A stretch of 63,275 nucleotides of DNA, counting the filler, from Octopus bimaculoides (Eukaryota), in assembly GCF_001194135.2 (NCBI RefSeq). It is 6 parts of 6 records of this genome, joined end to end, with 100 filler letters (N's around TTAATTAATTAA, not from the genome) between each part and the next. Parts side by side here need not be neighbours in the genome. Positions count along the whole stretch, not along the records: positions 1 to 25,432 come from NC_068983.1; positions 25,533 to 47,403 come from NC_068984.1; 4 more parts are not named here. The stretch is one strand, 5' to 3'. The first letter of the stretch is position 1; each line of letters starts with the position of its first letter. The notes under the pieces were generated by a model that saw only the letters and a list, made by a program, of their open reading frames with translations, made no database searches and was not told the origin of the DNA. Position numbers and translations under genes: made by a program. Positions 13,532 through 26,914 of the stretch are shown piece after piece.

Positions 13532-14714
13532 GTCTATANNNNNNNNNNNNNNNNNNNNNNNNNNNNNNNNNNNNNNNNNNNNNNNNNNNNNNNNNNNNNN
13601 NNNNNNNNNNNNNNNNNNNNNNNNNNNNNNNNNNNNNNNNNNNNNNNNNNNNNNNNNNNNNNNNNNNNNNNNNNNNNNNNNNNNNNNNNNNNNNNNNNNN
13701 NNNNNNNNNNNNNNNNNNNNNNNNNNNNNNNNNNNNNNNNNNNNNNNNNNNNNNNNNNNNNNNNNNNNNNNNNNNNNNNNNNNNNNNNNNNNNNNNNNNN
13801 NNNNNNNNNNNNNNNNNNNNNNNNNNNNNNNNNNNNNNNNNNNNNNNNNNNNNNNNNNNNNNNNNNNNNNNNNNNNNNNNNNNNNNNNNNNNNNNNNNNN
13901 NNNNNNNNNTATATATAGGAAAAATTTACAAAAAAAAAAAAAAAGGACGAAGGAAACAAACGGATGTATTAGTATAATGCTCGGGAATTGAAAAAGTCTT
14001 TAAGGTTTCGAGCCTATGCTCTTCCACAAAAAGAAACACAGAAAAAAACAAGGAGAGAAACAAGGAGAGAAAAAAAAAAGGTGTGTAATGGTTAGCGATC
14101 TATCATGGCGATATATATATAAAATATATAATATATTTGCCAGCTAAATGTGGCGGCCCCATAGAGAATGATGTTACTGTTGATTTTAACCCAAGGAAGA
14201 CATCTCGTCCAGCTGTCTAACGACACACGGCCTGTGTCCGACCCCCTTGCAAATACTAATTTTCATCTTCTGATCATTATATATATAAATAAACTTATTA
14301 CCTGATTCGAATACTTTTAGGTAAACTATTTCTCGACTCATCACAGGATACACAAAGCCTTAGACCTTTCCTTATTATTGTCAAAGATTCTTTCACTTGA
14401 TTTGAATACATTTTTGCAAACTAATTTTTGACACCACAAAGGATACTCCAAATCGCACACTTGACTTTTGAAAATCTGTTTTAATAAGTGAAACCGATTA
14501 AGTTAATAAATAATTTTAAGAGACTCCGGCATTTTGAGATTCTTTTCCTTATATATATGTATGTGTGTGTGTGTATGTATGCGTGTGTGTGTATGTATAT
14601 ATATACATATATATATTATATATGTATGCATGTACGTATGTGTGTATATGTGTGTGTATATATATACATATATATATATGCATGTATGTGTGTATGTGTG
14701 TGTGTGTTTGTGTA

Positions 14715-14782
<68 letters not shown>

Positions 14783-15397
14783 TACATATTCTCATATATG
14801 CAGTTAAACTTATAAATACGTATTCACGAACTCTAAATTGGCTACTTCTCGCCTCTTGAATAATATATGATGGCTAGTTTAATATTTAGATTAGAAAAAA
14901 AACGCCCAGTTTTTTTTTTATCTCCTTATAACGATCATGTTTCGATGTTATGACTCATATATATATACAGTTGTTAGAAGCACACGTGTATAATTAAACC
15001 TTTATATTAACTCGCGCATTATGACATCATGCCATTCTGCAAAAAAGCACTGATCGACATGCGCAGAGTGTTTCCAAAACAGGAAATGTATTTTGCTTTA
15101 AAATGACACCCCACTCTAAATATAAGGTCAAGAGTCAAACATAACTGAAAGATTAAGCATGATATATTGTATTTATGTTGAGATCAAACGATGGTTCTCC
15201 GCCAGAAACATGTAAGCATTTGGTAACTTTTTTTTTAAAAATGTAGTTAGATATTCATATAAATATATTAAACATTTCTTTGAATCGTGGATTAGAATGT
15301 ATATCAACCGTTAGAATGCTGTCATAATAAGCTTTTCTTTTTCGGTCGGCCGATCAAAATTTTCATTTAAAAAGTAACTGAGATAGTCACAAATATG

Positions 15398-15720
15398 AAT
15401 GTGTGGTTAAGAAGTTTGTTTTCCTTCCACGTGGGTTTTGGGTTCAAGTCCATCTACGCGTGACACCTTTGGTAAGTGTCTCCTTCTATGACCCTGAACA
15501 GACCAATACCTTGTGAGAAAATTTGGTAGAAGGAAATTGTGCAGAAGCATCTCGTATATATACACTTGTGTGTGTCTTTGTGCTTGGTCTGTGTTTGTTC
15601 CCTACAACCGATTGGCAGCCGGTGTAGGTTAGCTTACATCCTTCGTTTGTTACTGTGATCGAACTGTTCGACTAACCCCTTTAATGCGGTGTCCCACCAT
15701 GCCTGCAGTGCAGTCTAGTT
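15398..15720 (+). mobile_element. tRNA-derived SINE, family A (ggagtggctgtgtggtaag head), diverged
   Basis: Head gtgtggttaagaagtttg...gggttcaagtcc and the body match better copies at 39541 and 45894. Confidence 0.7.
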
Positions 15721-16893
15721 AGTGCAACAACTAAAAAATGAAAGAAAATGAAAAAGACACACACACACACACACACACACTCACACATGTATGNNNNNNN
15801 NNNNNNNNNNNNNNNNNNNNNNNNNNNNNNNNNNNNNNNNNNNNNNNNNNNNNNNNNNNNNNNNNNNNNNNNNNNNNNNNNNNNNNNNNNNNNNNNNNNN
15901 NNNNNNNNNNNNNNNNNNNNNNNNNNNNNNNNNNNNNNNNNNNNNNNNNNNNNNNNNNNNNNNNNNNNNNNNNNNNNNNNNNNNNNNNNNNNNNNNNNNN
16001 NNNNNNNNNNNNNNNNNNNNNNNNNNNNNNNNNNNNNNNNNNNNNNNNNNNNNNNNNNNNNNNNNNNNNNTATATATTATTGTTTTTTTTTTATTTCGAA
16101 AACGTTCTTTTTTTACATAATTGCTTGGAAGTGCTCAGATCTAACTAACCCGAAACGTTAGACATTATATAACTTGGTTTAAGAGGAGACAAAAATTTAG
16201 ATAATCATTCTATAGTTATAAATTGCATCAGCATAATAAATACATATATATAATTATAACAAGACAAGGAACATATCTATATATTATTTGGAATAGAAAT
16301 AAGAGTTATATGAGGTAAAAATACACATGAAAAGGATAAATAAATAAAGGTTGATATATCGATTAAAAATTATATCAAATTTAAGGTTTAAAAATGTTGA
16401 AATAAGGATTAAAAGTTGTAAGATACATCGGCAGTAGTGAGAAATCCTAATGCTGGATTTAAAAGTTTTGAGCAGTTCCGAAGAAATGTTTATAGAGGGT
16501 TCTAACGTCATATATGAAACAATTCGACGCCCGTTTCTGGAGTCCATTAGTCGACAAGATATGAATCCTTTAATTTCACACTGACAATGATCCCTTCATC
16601 AGGGATAAGTAAATTGCTAATTAAGTTTGAAGACATGTAAGAGAAAAGAAAATCTTAGGTTATATTACGTTAGTGTTGACGTAACAGAAGCGATGCAGTT
16701 ATAAGTTGTGAGAAACAGTGTTTATTTTAGCGAGATGCCTCTTGAAATCACCTGAGGAGACACATCTACACCGAAAGATACAGCTAAGCCAGTTGTACAG
16801 TATCCCACCCGCGAGGGATTGATGCTGAATGGGTTGAAAATATTGTAGCGATCAATATTCTCATATATTCAATCTTCCGTTTTTCTCATTAAG

Positions 16894-16935
<42 letters not shown>

Positions 16936-16949
16936 TCAGGTTGCTGATA

Positions 16950-17325
16950 TATGTTGGGGTTTGAGTTTCAAAGACAAGCCAAAACAATGTCGTTCAAAGG
17001 AACTTAATTCTGAAAAGTTGGAAGCTGTTGTCATAGAAAATCCAGCCGCTTCTTGTAGAGAACTTGCAGATCAGATTAACGTAGCCCATACAACTGTTCT
17101 ACTCCGACTAAAAAAGGATCGGAAAGGTTTCAGTGGTTGGAAAATGGGTCCCGCACGAACTGTCTGCAAAGAATCTGCGACAGCGTGTTGTTTGTTGCCA
17201 GTCATTGCTTTCACGACACCGTAAAGAAACATTTTTAGGAAGGCTTGTTACAGGTGATGTGAAGTGGATCCTTTACCATAACGTTAAACGCTGCCGATCG
17301 TGGATCAGTCGAGGCGGAAGACTTG
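16950..17325 (+). mobile_element. Mariner transposase remnant (frameshifted)
   Basis: HTH region (ENPAASCRELADQINVAHTTV), then GKWVPHEL and LVTGDVKWILYHNVKR, which are mariner signature motifs. Confidence 0.9.
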
Positions 17326-18884
17326 TTCAATATATATATATATACAATGAGAAAAAGGATTAAGAATCCGACGAAGGATATGAACCAGGTTAATAGAATT
17401 GACCTGTGAAAGATGTAGTAATCCACATCATCCGTAGTTTATCAAATCACCACTAGCCCCATTTGTAAATCCAAAGTTTAGTCACCAACTAAATTTGGTA
17501 GGGAGTTACAGAGTACCATAGAAAAATCACAAAGTAATGGATATTTCAGCTTAGACGTGGTGTTTCAAGTAAGGCTGGAGAATCATAGTTCCCAAATATA
17601 ACAATTACATTATCAATCAATTGAATGACGTAGAAAATAGACTGATACCATTTATCTTCCTGAGAGCTAAATCATACCAGTTACAACGGTGTATAGTTGA
17701 CCAGAAATGTACTAAGTACGAGGTCAGTGGTTTGAAGCATGTACTTGGCCATTATCTGACGGGCTAGAAGAGACGAAGTTTCTCAAAGAAATAAGTATAA
17801 AAGTATCTGACCAATAAAGAATTGAAATACGATATCCTGTTATTTGGTTCAGCGTTCGGGGTTGTAGCATCTACATGTAGTATATATGTTGTCATCATCC
17901 GCAATCATATATACATTGCACACGCAAATGTACAGATGTACGTACTTGTGTAAATAGGATAAAGTTTTTCTTTGACACGAGTAGCATTAAAGACAAGCCC
18001 ATGATCGTGTTTAATAATCTTTATTAAGATTGCTTTCATAATTTCTTAACAGTATACGTCATATGTAAACAAAAATAAGTTTGTTTTTGAAGCGTTGAAA
18101 CGTATTGTAGAACAAGTAGAAAGATATATTTTTCAACGCGTAAATACTGACAGACCAGCATATATAAGATAAAATCCTTTTAGAGGAGAAGAGTTTGTTG
18201 GCAAGCAGCCATGAGAATATCTTTCTCCTTGTTCTTAATAATAGTTAATGTTTTATTTTCTGCAAATTCTGTAGTCTTTTAACGTTTCAAGACTAACCCG
18301 GTAATATCAACTGAATGAAGTGATGGTAACGTATATGTGTTGCTCTGGTGCATTGACAAAGCTCATAGTGCTTCATAGGACCAGAAAACTTCTGATACCT
18401 TAATGAACTAATGGTTCTTCAACGCTGTAGTTCTAAATTCAATATAAACTAATAAGAAGGAAATATGAATTCTCAAAACAGGATTAAACTCGAACACATA
18501 TGTATATGTGTATATATATATGTGTATGTATACATGTATATATACATACATATATATNNNNNNNNNNNNNNNNNNNNNNNNNNNNNNNNNNNNNNNNNNN
18601 NNNNNNNNNNNNNNNNNNNNNNNNNNNNNNNNNNNNNNNNNNNNNNNNNNNNNNNNNNNNNNNNNNNNNNNNNNNNNNNNNNNNNNNNNNNNNNNNNNNN
18701 NNNNNNNNNNNNNNNNNNNNNNNNNNNNNNNNNNNNNNNNNNNNNNNNNNNNNNNNNNNNNNNNNNNNNNNNNNNNNNNNNNNNNNNNNNNNNNNNNNNN
18801 NNNNNNNNNNNNNNNNNNNNNNNNNNNNNNNNNNNNNNNNNNNNNNNNNCGAGGTGAAAGAATATATATAAACGTAAAATTTAA

Positions 18885-19025
18885 ACAAAACACAAAGGAT
18901 TCCGCGGTACACATGTTTCAAACTTTATACACAAACAGTCGTTGCATCATTATATGAGTATATAATTGATAGACAGGATGGTTTAAAGCTATCTTCAGCC
19001 GCAAATATATTCCGTCCCAAGATTA
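18885..19025. repeat. Interspersed repeat, inverted homologue of 47240-47370 (possibly Penelope-related)
   Basis: Near-identical reverse complement of 47240-47370 apart from CpG sites. Confidence 0.8.
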
Positions 19026-19716
19026 CATCAAAAAAGAAGAAATCACAAAGAAAAAGAAAAAGCGAGGGAAACAGGAGTACACACTCAAAAATATATGTAT
19101 ATTTGTACGCATTTCAACAGATAAACACACAGAAAACGATACATATGCTAATATGGGTGTCAGTTTGTGTACGTGTATGCACTCCAACGCGTGTAAAATT
19201 CTCGGCGTGCATGGGTCGAATACACACATACAGACACAAAATCATACTCACAGACATACATACCGTAATATAAACATATACGTGCGTATATATATATGTG
19301 TGCCTGTATACACACACACACACACGCACGCACACACCACACACGCACACACATGCACACACGCACACACAAACACACACACAAACATACACACAAACAT
19401 ACACACACGCGCACATATAATGCCGATAACAAACGACCTTTTATCGTTAGAAGTCTGTTTATTGAAATCTAACTGTTCATGTTTTCTCTGCTCAAGAACT
19501 GTTTATCTTCTTATTTTAACTTTTATTTAGATGTTATTGTACCGTTTGCATTCACTTGCAGTTGTACGCGTGAGCGGATGTAAACATCCTGATGAGCAAT
19601 GCTTGATAAATCAAACAGACAAAAACCTTGCACGTATATAGGCACCCACAGATGTCAATACATACATGTGCATATATAAACATATATATATATATATATA
19701 TCATCTCTCTCTCCCC

Positions 19717-19794
<78 letters not shown>

Positions 19795-20479
19795 NNNNNN
19801 NNNNNNNNNNNNNNNNNNNNNNNNNNNNNNNNNNNNNNNNNNNNNNNNNNNNNNNNNNNNNNNNNNNNNNNNNNNNNNNNNNNNNNNNNNNNNNNNNNNN
19901 NNNNNNNNNNNNNNNNNNNNNNNNNNNNNNNNNNNNNNNNNNNNNNNNNNNNNNNNNNNNNNNNNNNNNNNNNNNNNNNNNNNNNNNNNNNNNNNNNNNN
20001 NNNNNNNNNNNNNNNNNNNNNNNNNNNNNNNNNNNNNNNNNNNNNNNNNNNNNNNNNNNNNNNNNNNNNNNNNNNNNNNNNNNNNNNNNNNNNNNNNNNN
20101 NNNNNNNNNNNNNNNNNNNNNNNNNNNNNNNNNNNNNNNNNNNNNNNNNNNNNNNNNNNNNNNNNNNNNNNNNNNNNNNNNNNNNNNNNNNNNNNNNNNN
20201 NNNNNNNNNNNNNNNNNNNNNNNNNNNNNNNNNNNNNNNNNNNNNNNNNNNNNNNNNNNNNNNNNNNNNNNNNNNNNNNNNNNNNNNNNNNATATATATA
20301 TATATATATATATACAGAAAGAGAGAGGGAGAGAGAGAAAGGGAGAGTGGAAGAGAGAGAGATGGAAACGCCTGTCCTCTTTCGAAAGTTCACCGAGGAG
20401 TAGTGGCAATGGTGGGCACTGCCTATATTATTGCTACTATTAATACATTTTTCCGTATACACTTAGTTTTTTTGTGAAA

Positions 20480-20830
20480 GAGTTTGATAACGTTGCCCTC
20501 TCGTTGATTTATCTGAGGTACTATATCCAGGTGTTTCTTGAATAAAATTTTTCTCCATTCCTGTCTCTTGATATGGAGGTTTGGATTTCTGAATTTATGC
20601 AGGCTCGACTAATTTGATGACTATTATAGTTGTGAACATCAAAGATTGGTGCTATCCCTGCCAAGATCTTCTCTACATAAATTATTATCTTTCTTGTCTT
20701 CGCTTCAGGGAATATAGCCTTAGCAATTTCAATTTATCCCACAATCTCATCTATGCATTAAGTCTATTTCCATCGTTTATTGTCATAGCATTGCTTATAG
20801 TTCTGCCATTAATTCAATAACTTTATAGAC
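20480..20830 (-). mobile_element. CR1-like LINE fragment (post-RT region)
   Basis: Minus translation includes LWDKLKLLRLYSLKRRQER.IIIYVEKILAGI, resembling the CR1-type LYSLERRRERY motif. Confidence 0.65.
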
Positions 20831-21055
20831 CATAGACATGAATATTAGTCTAAACAGCTGAGAACATATGTTCCCCACAGAACCAGCATAATTTCTTACT
20901 CGTTTGGAGCAAGCAGTGGGACCGAACCCGGAACCATGTGGTTGGTAAGCAAGCTTCTCAACACAGAGCAATTCCTGCGCCTATATATATATTATATATA
21001 CACCTATATTTATTTTTTCTAAATATATACATATATTATATATATATATATACAG

Positions 21056-21091
<36 letters not shown>

Positions 21092-21204
21092 CGTTTGCTG
21101 CCAACACCCGTTAAAAGGAGGACTGGGCATGCNNNNNNNNNNNNNNNNNNNNNNNNNNNNNNNNNNNNNNNNNNNNNNNNNNNNNNNNNNNNNNNNNNNN
21201 NNNN

Positions 21205-21316
<112 letters not shown>

Positions 21317-22311
21317 CGTGCATGTACGCATGCATGCATGCATGAATGTATTTATATATATAGCTTATTGTCCCAACCCATTTACTTCACAGACTGTATC
21401 TTTGATACACTTATAATTATAGCCTTTCCAACACCAGACATATCTCACGTGGTCGAGGCGTTAGTTTAATATCGAAATGAATGTAAATTAGTAATGGCGA
21501 CTGTTATTGCTCAAAGCTAGTAAATACATTCAGTTAAAGTCATAGCAGTTCGTGCTATTTCAAGCAGAAAATTCCTTGTGAATGTAATCAGCGTTGATGC
21601 TGACAGACTATTTGCAAATAAGATGTTGATGATATTAAATAGGAAGGAGCCTTTGCAATTATGAACAGAAAAATAAATTATGAATTTTTAATTATTAACA
21701 TAAACGAGATGAAACCGTGAATATAATAATGTTAATTGGGAGGCCCTTTCGTGTTAATTGGGAAAATATGATGCTAATTTTGCGGTTGTGAAGTTTTGAA
21801 GCGGTTGATATGTGTGAAAGGTCTTGGATAAGATATAATTTTGTAAACAACGGAAATAACTTAATAACGTGTCACTTGTCATCGCAATAATTCAAGTGGA
21901 AGAATTAAAGAAAAACAATCAAACAAGAATTAAATGGTGATTAAGGAACAATAAACAGATATTGCAGAACACATTTATAATCGGAAATTTTAATATTATA
22001 GGAGAGAATAGATATTAATTAAATGACTATATGAAGAGGGCAGTTAAAGAATTGACAGAAGAAATTAACTTGTCATGAACAGAGAGATACGCTGATTAGA
22101 GTAAGAATTTATCTAATCTACAGCAGAGTATAAGAACACGGATATGAGAGGAATGGCAAATGAATTATATAACTAAACCTCAAAATTATTAACATCAAAA
22201 CCTTCGGGTAAAACGGGAGGCTGCAAAAGATACGAACAGTTTTTTTTCCCCCCAGGACGAACTACTACTACTACTACTACTACTATTATAATAATAGTAA
22301 TAATGATAGTA

Positions 22312-22506
22312 ATGGTTTCAAATTTTTGGGGAAAGTATGTGTCGATTACATCGACCCCAGTGTTCAGCTGGTACTTAATTTATCGACCCCGAAAGGATGA
22401 AAAGCAAAGCTGACCTCGGCGGAATTTGAACTAAGAATGTAATGACGGGCGAAATATCGCTAAGCATTCAACCCGGGGTGTTAACGATTCTGCCAGCTCG
22501 CTGACT
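22312..22506 (-). mobile_element. SINE family B copy
   Basis: gaccccgaaaggatgaaaagcaaagctgacctcggcggaatttgaact; CpGs intact. Confidence 0.85.
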
Positions 22507-22574
22507 TAAACAAATATCTTTACATATTCTTGACGACCCCCTTTCAACTATGCTAATCGCCCGCATCAACTTGC

Positions 22575-22625
<51 letters not shown>

Positions 22626-22840
22626 GTCTCTTCTAGTCTAGGCACAGGCCCGAAATTTTTGTGGAGGGGGCAGTCGATTAGATTGACCCCAGTACGCAAC
22701 TGGTTCTTAATTTATCGAGCCCCGAAAGGATTAAAGGCAAAGTCGACCTCAGCGGAATTTGAACTCAGAAAGTAGCAGCAGACGAAATACCGCTAAGCAT
22801 TTCGCCCGGCGTGCTAACGTTCCTGCCAGCTCGGCGCCTT
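22626..22840 (-). mobile_element. SINE family B copy
   Basis: Well conserved, flanked by (AAT)n on both sides. Confidence 0.85.
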
Positions 22841-22851
22841 TAATAATAATA

Positions 22852-22909
<58 letters not shown>

Positions 22910-24335
22910 CACAACTGCAGCTGCTGCTGCTGATGGTCGTGGTACAGCGTCTGTTGTGGATGTACAGTCCCACTCGGGCGTGGCATTCTTTCATGTCACA
23001 ACTGCATTTGAAGGAGCTCTCAACCGGAACTACTGACTTTTCTTTTCATTGGTGGCAAGTTCCAGTTTCTCTTACCCTATTTTCATTCTCTTGCAAGGTA
23101 CTTGTCTTCAGTGTGAGCGGCTATTTGCGACATCCTCCCATCTCCAGATCGATTGATTTCATATCTCTTCTGCAGATGTCCTTGAAACGGACACGAGATC
23201 GTCCGCGTGCTCTTGTACCTGTTGCCAATTCCCGATACAGGAGGTCTTTTGGGATTCTCCCGTATGGCATACAATACAATCCACCGAGCCAGCGCAGACA
23301 GTGCTGCTGAAGCAGGATGAATATGTCGGATATCTGGTGTGGTTGTGTACTTCAGTGATGATAACTCGGTCGGTCAATTTGGTATCCAGAGTGTCTCAGG
23401 ATACGACGGCGGAAAACGTTGAGATGCCGTTCCTGTCTGGAGTAGAGGTGCCATGTCTCGCTGCCGTAAAGTAGTGTACTGAGGACGCACGCCTTATAAA
23501 CAGCAATCTTGGGGTTTGAAATCGGTTTTCTATTTTCCCAGACTCTCTTTGTCAGCCTGGTAATTGTGGAGAGTGCTCGTCCAATTCACCTGCTGGTTTC
23601 AGGGTCCAAGAGGTTGTTAGTGATAGTAGAGTTGCGTAAGTGAATTTATAGGCCACCTCCAGCTGGTAGTTGTTGATGGTAATGGAGCGTGTGTGTGTAA
23701 GGAGGTGCTTGACACCTTGGCCCAGTATGTTGGTTTCGTCTGTCAAACAGTTAGGCTAAATTCCTGGCAAGCCCTTGAGATTTTGTCCGCGAGGTACTGC
23801 ATCTGTTCGTTAGAATGCGCTTTCAATGCTGTATTGTCTGCAAACAGTATTTCTCTGATAAATATCAGACGAACCTGAATTTCGCTTCTGGCCTTGACGG
23901 CCAAAATAGTTTCCCATCTGATCTAGTTTGGAGGTAGATACCATCAGTTAATGTCTGAAATGGTGTTTCAGCATGACAGCGAAGGTGAAAAACGGGGCAG
24001 CGGAAAACACACAGCGAGCAAACACACAGCCCTGCTTTACACCGCTGCGTATGTTAAACGTCTCCGAAGAAGAACCATCAAATTGAACGACACCTTTCAT
24101 GTCCGCGTGAACCAATTGGACAATCCTGAGAAGTCTTGCCAATCCTTTGATCAGGCCGTCTCTACTCTACAGGCCGTCTCTACTCGGGAAAAAACCTAAA
24201 GCTGTCGAAAATAGATCATGCCGATGGTGGAGCGTCCTATCTTGAAACCATATTGAGATTCAGGGTACATCCCCTCAGCGATTTTCTGTAGTCTATACAG
24301 TATCACGCAAACAAAGGCCTTGCTGAAGATGCTTA
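22910..24335 (-). mobile_element. 5'-truncated RTE-clade LINE (decayed RT domain and 3' end)
   Basis: Minus fragments RLQKIAEGMYPESQYGFKIGRSTIGMI, LVHADMKGVVQFDGSSSETFNIRSGVKQGCV and CHARVGLYIHNRRC. Confidence 0.9.
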
Positions 24336-24336
24336 A

Positions 24337-24414
<78 letters not shown>

Positions 24415-24422
24415 CATTATTA

Positions 24423-24832
24423 AGGAGGCAAGCTGGTAAAATCGCTAGAACACCAAGCTTAATATTTAGTGGCATTTCGCATGTTCTGAGTTCAAATGCA
24501 GCCGAGGTTGAATTTACATTTCATCCTTCCAGGATCGAGGAAATATGGACCGGTTGAACACTAGGTTCGATGCAATCATCTAGGCACTTCCCCCAAAATT
24601 TCAGAGTATCCAGCTATTGTAGGAGGGGTTATTAAGAAGGTGCTGAACTGGCAGAATCGTTAGCGCTCTGGACACAATGCCTTTACCTTCTGAGTTCATA
24701 TTCTGTCGGGGTCAGTTTCGCTTTCCACCGTTTTGAGGCCGATAAAATAGGTATCAGCTGAGCACTGGGGTCGATGTAATCAAATAGGTTTCTCCCACAA
24801 AATTCCAGGCCTTGTGCCATTAGTAGAAAGGA
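24423..24832 (+). mobile_element. Two tandem SINE family B copies
   Basis: Heads at ~24423 and ~24640; the second ends tagtagaaaggattattatt. Confidence 0.8.
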
Positions 24833-24845
24833 TTATTATTATTAT

Positions 24846-25157
24846 TGTATGCTTGACTTTTGCTTTACATTTGTACAAGTTGACTCCAAGTCTCACCCAG
24901 ACACCTCAAAAGACAAGTTAGAAGTTCATGTTGGTGTTATGCCTAGGGTGCCATATATTTGGTTTTGTGCATAGTGTTGTTCTAGAGAATGTTTAACAAA
25001 TCATAAGATGATTATGTGTTTGTTTTAAAACTTGAGATTACGTGCAAAGTATTTTGCGTAGGATATGGGCAGTTCCAATGAGCACTATCTTTTGAATTTA
25101 TGCCATTTTGGGGTTTCCTGGTATCTGAGCTAGGTAGCAGTCAGCCCCTTTTGCTAT
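24846..25157 (-). mobile_element. R4/Dong-like RLE retrotransposon 3' end, copy 1
   Basis: Minus translation YLAQIPGNPKMA*IQKIVLIGTAHILRKILCT*, then a 3' UTR ending in (TAA)n. Confidence 0.8.
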
Positions 25158-25182
25158 CATTATCATTATTATTATTATTATT

Positions 25183-25794
25183 TTATGTTTGACTTTTGTT
25201 TTGCATTTGTACAAGTTGGATCCAAGTCTCACCCAGAGACCTCAAGAGACAACAAGTTAGAAGTTCATGTAGGTGTTATGCCTAGGGTACCATATATTTG
25301 GATTTGTACAGTTTTGTTCTAGGGAATGTTTAAGAAACCATAAGAAAATTATGTGTTTGCTTTAAAATTTGAGATCACATAGACAGTATTTTACGTAGGA
25401 TATGGGCAGTTCCAATGAGCACTATCTTTTGANNNNNNNNNNNNNNNNNNNNNNNNNNNNNNNNNNNNNNNNNNNNTTAATTAATTAANNNNNNNNNNNN
25501 NNNNNNNNNNNNNNNNNNNNNNNNNNNNNNNNGACAGTCATATCAATGAGGAGGCATGATTTTTGTCTGAAGTCTTTCAGTATGATGTCTGGCCTATTTG
25601 CGTCTATCTTTCTGTCAGTTTGAATGGTGAAGTTCCAGGGGAGTGCAACGTGATCATTTTCAAGTACTGGGGGTGGTTTGTGTTCCCACCAGTTTTTATC
25701 ATGGGGCAAGTCCAGGTTTTTGCATATTACCCAGTGAATATATTGTGCAGCTCTATCATGCCTGTTGAGATACTCTGTAGGCGCAAGCAGACTT
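25183..25794 (-). mobile_element. R4/Dong-like RLE retrotransposon, 5'-truncated copy 2 (spans gap)
   Basis: LAPTEYLNRHDRAAQYIHWVIC...HDKNWWEHKP...FTIQTDRKIDANRPDIIL...LLIDMTV (PD..D endonuclease region) and C-terminal QKIVLIGTAHILRKILSM*. Confidence 0.85.
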
Positions 25795-25855
25795 ATTATT
25801 ATTATTATTATAATAATTATTATTATTATTATCATTATTATTATTATTATTATGA

Positions 25856-26596
25856 AGTGGCAAGCTGGCTGAAAGAAAATGCTTAGCAGCATTTCATTCA
25901 TCTTTATGTTCTGAGTTCAAATTCTACCATGGTTGGCTTTGCCCTTCATCCTTTCAAGGTCAATGAAATAAGTACCAGTCATGCACTAGTGTCAATGTAA
26001 TCAACTTCCTCTTCTCCAAAAACTGCTAGCCCTGTGCCAAAGTTTGAAACCATGATTATTATTATTATTATTATTATCATTAAGCTGTCATAATTCTAAG
26101 CATGCCAGACAAAATGGTTAGTGGGCTTCCAGCTCTATACTCTGTGCTCAATGCTGCCAAAGTCAACAGAGGCAGGGTCGATAGAAAAATCAGTACCAGT
26201 GGAGCACTGGGTTTATGCAAATGACTAGCCCTTCCCATTAATTCAGCCGTAATGATGATATAAATAAAAGGAAGAGTTGAAAGTTCAAGTCGAGAGTAGC
26301 TACAGATTGAGCATAGTCTTTGATGTTTTGATCTATTAAAATTTCAAGCCTTGTCTCCATAGGAGAAAAAAAATATTATGGTGATGAACTAGCAGAATCA
26401 TTACCAAACCAGACAAAATGCCTTGTGACATTTCTTCTGCCTTTTTTCACATTCAGAGTTCAAATGTCATTGAGGTCAACTTTACCTTTCAACCTTTCAG
26501 AGTTGATAAAATGAAGTACAAGTCAAAGACTGTATTCATAGTAACTGACTTCCCCTCCCTGTAAAATTGCTGGCCTTCAACTAAAAATCAGAAATA

Positions 26597-26632
<36 letters not shown>

Positions 26633-26830
26633 GTGATGTGGTGGCAGAATTCTAAGCTTTTCGGGCAAAATGCATAACAATATTTTCTTCCAACTCTTTA
26701 TATTCAGTGTTCAGATCTTGCTGAGATCAAAATTGCCTTTCATTCTTTTGAGACCAACAAATTAAAGTGCCAATCAAGTACTTCCATCAATGTGAATTAC
26801 TTGCTCTCCTGTAACTAAAATTGCTGGACT
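25856..26830 (+). mobile_element. Cluster of CpG-decayed SINE family B copies separated by (ATT)n
   Basis: At least four fragments with ttctgagttcaaat / ttcagagttcaaat cores at ~25910, ~26150, ~26455 and ~26710. Confidence 0.75.
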
Positions 26831-26869
26831 TGTATCGGGACATCTTTCGCATCGAAGATCGGTGATTGT

Positions 26870-26914
26870 CATATGCTGAGGACGGGTAAATACCCAGAAA
26901 CTTGAGTCCATGCG
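26870..26914 (+). ncRNA. Minimal type I hammerhead ribozyme motif
   Basis: catatg-CTGAGGA-c-GGGT-aaat-ACCC-a-GAA-AC-ttga-GT-C-catgcg: core, stem II, 2-bp stem III, GUC triplet, paired stem I. One mismatch at 10.1/11.1. Confidence 0.6.

Noticed and set aside
16750-16790. CTGAGGA...CGAAA hammerhead-like words (also 19588, 7191, 39350-39400)
   Set aside because: Stems I and II cannot pair, or the GAAA/UH elements are missing.
22260-26830. Regular repeat-spacer appearance resembling a CRISPR array
   Set aside because: Units are 150-200 bp diverged SINEs separated by microsatellites in a eukaryotic genome, with no cas genes.
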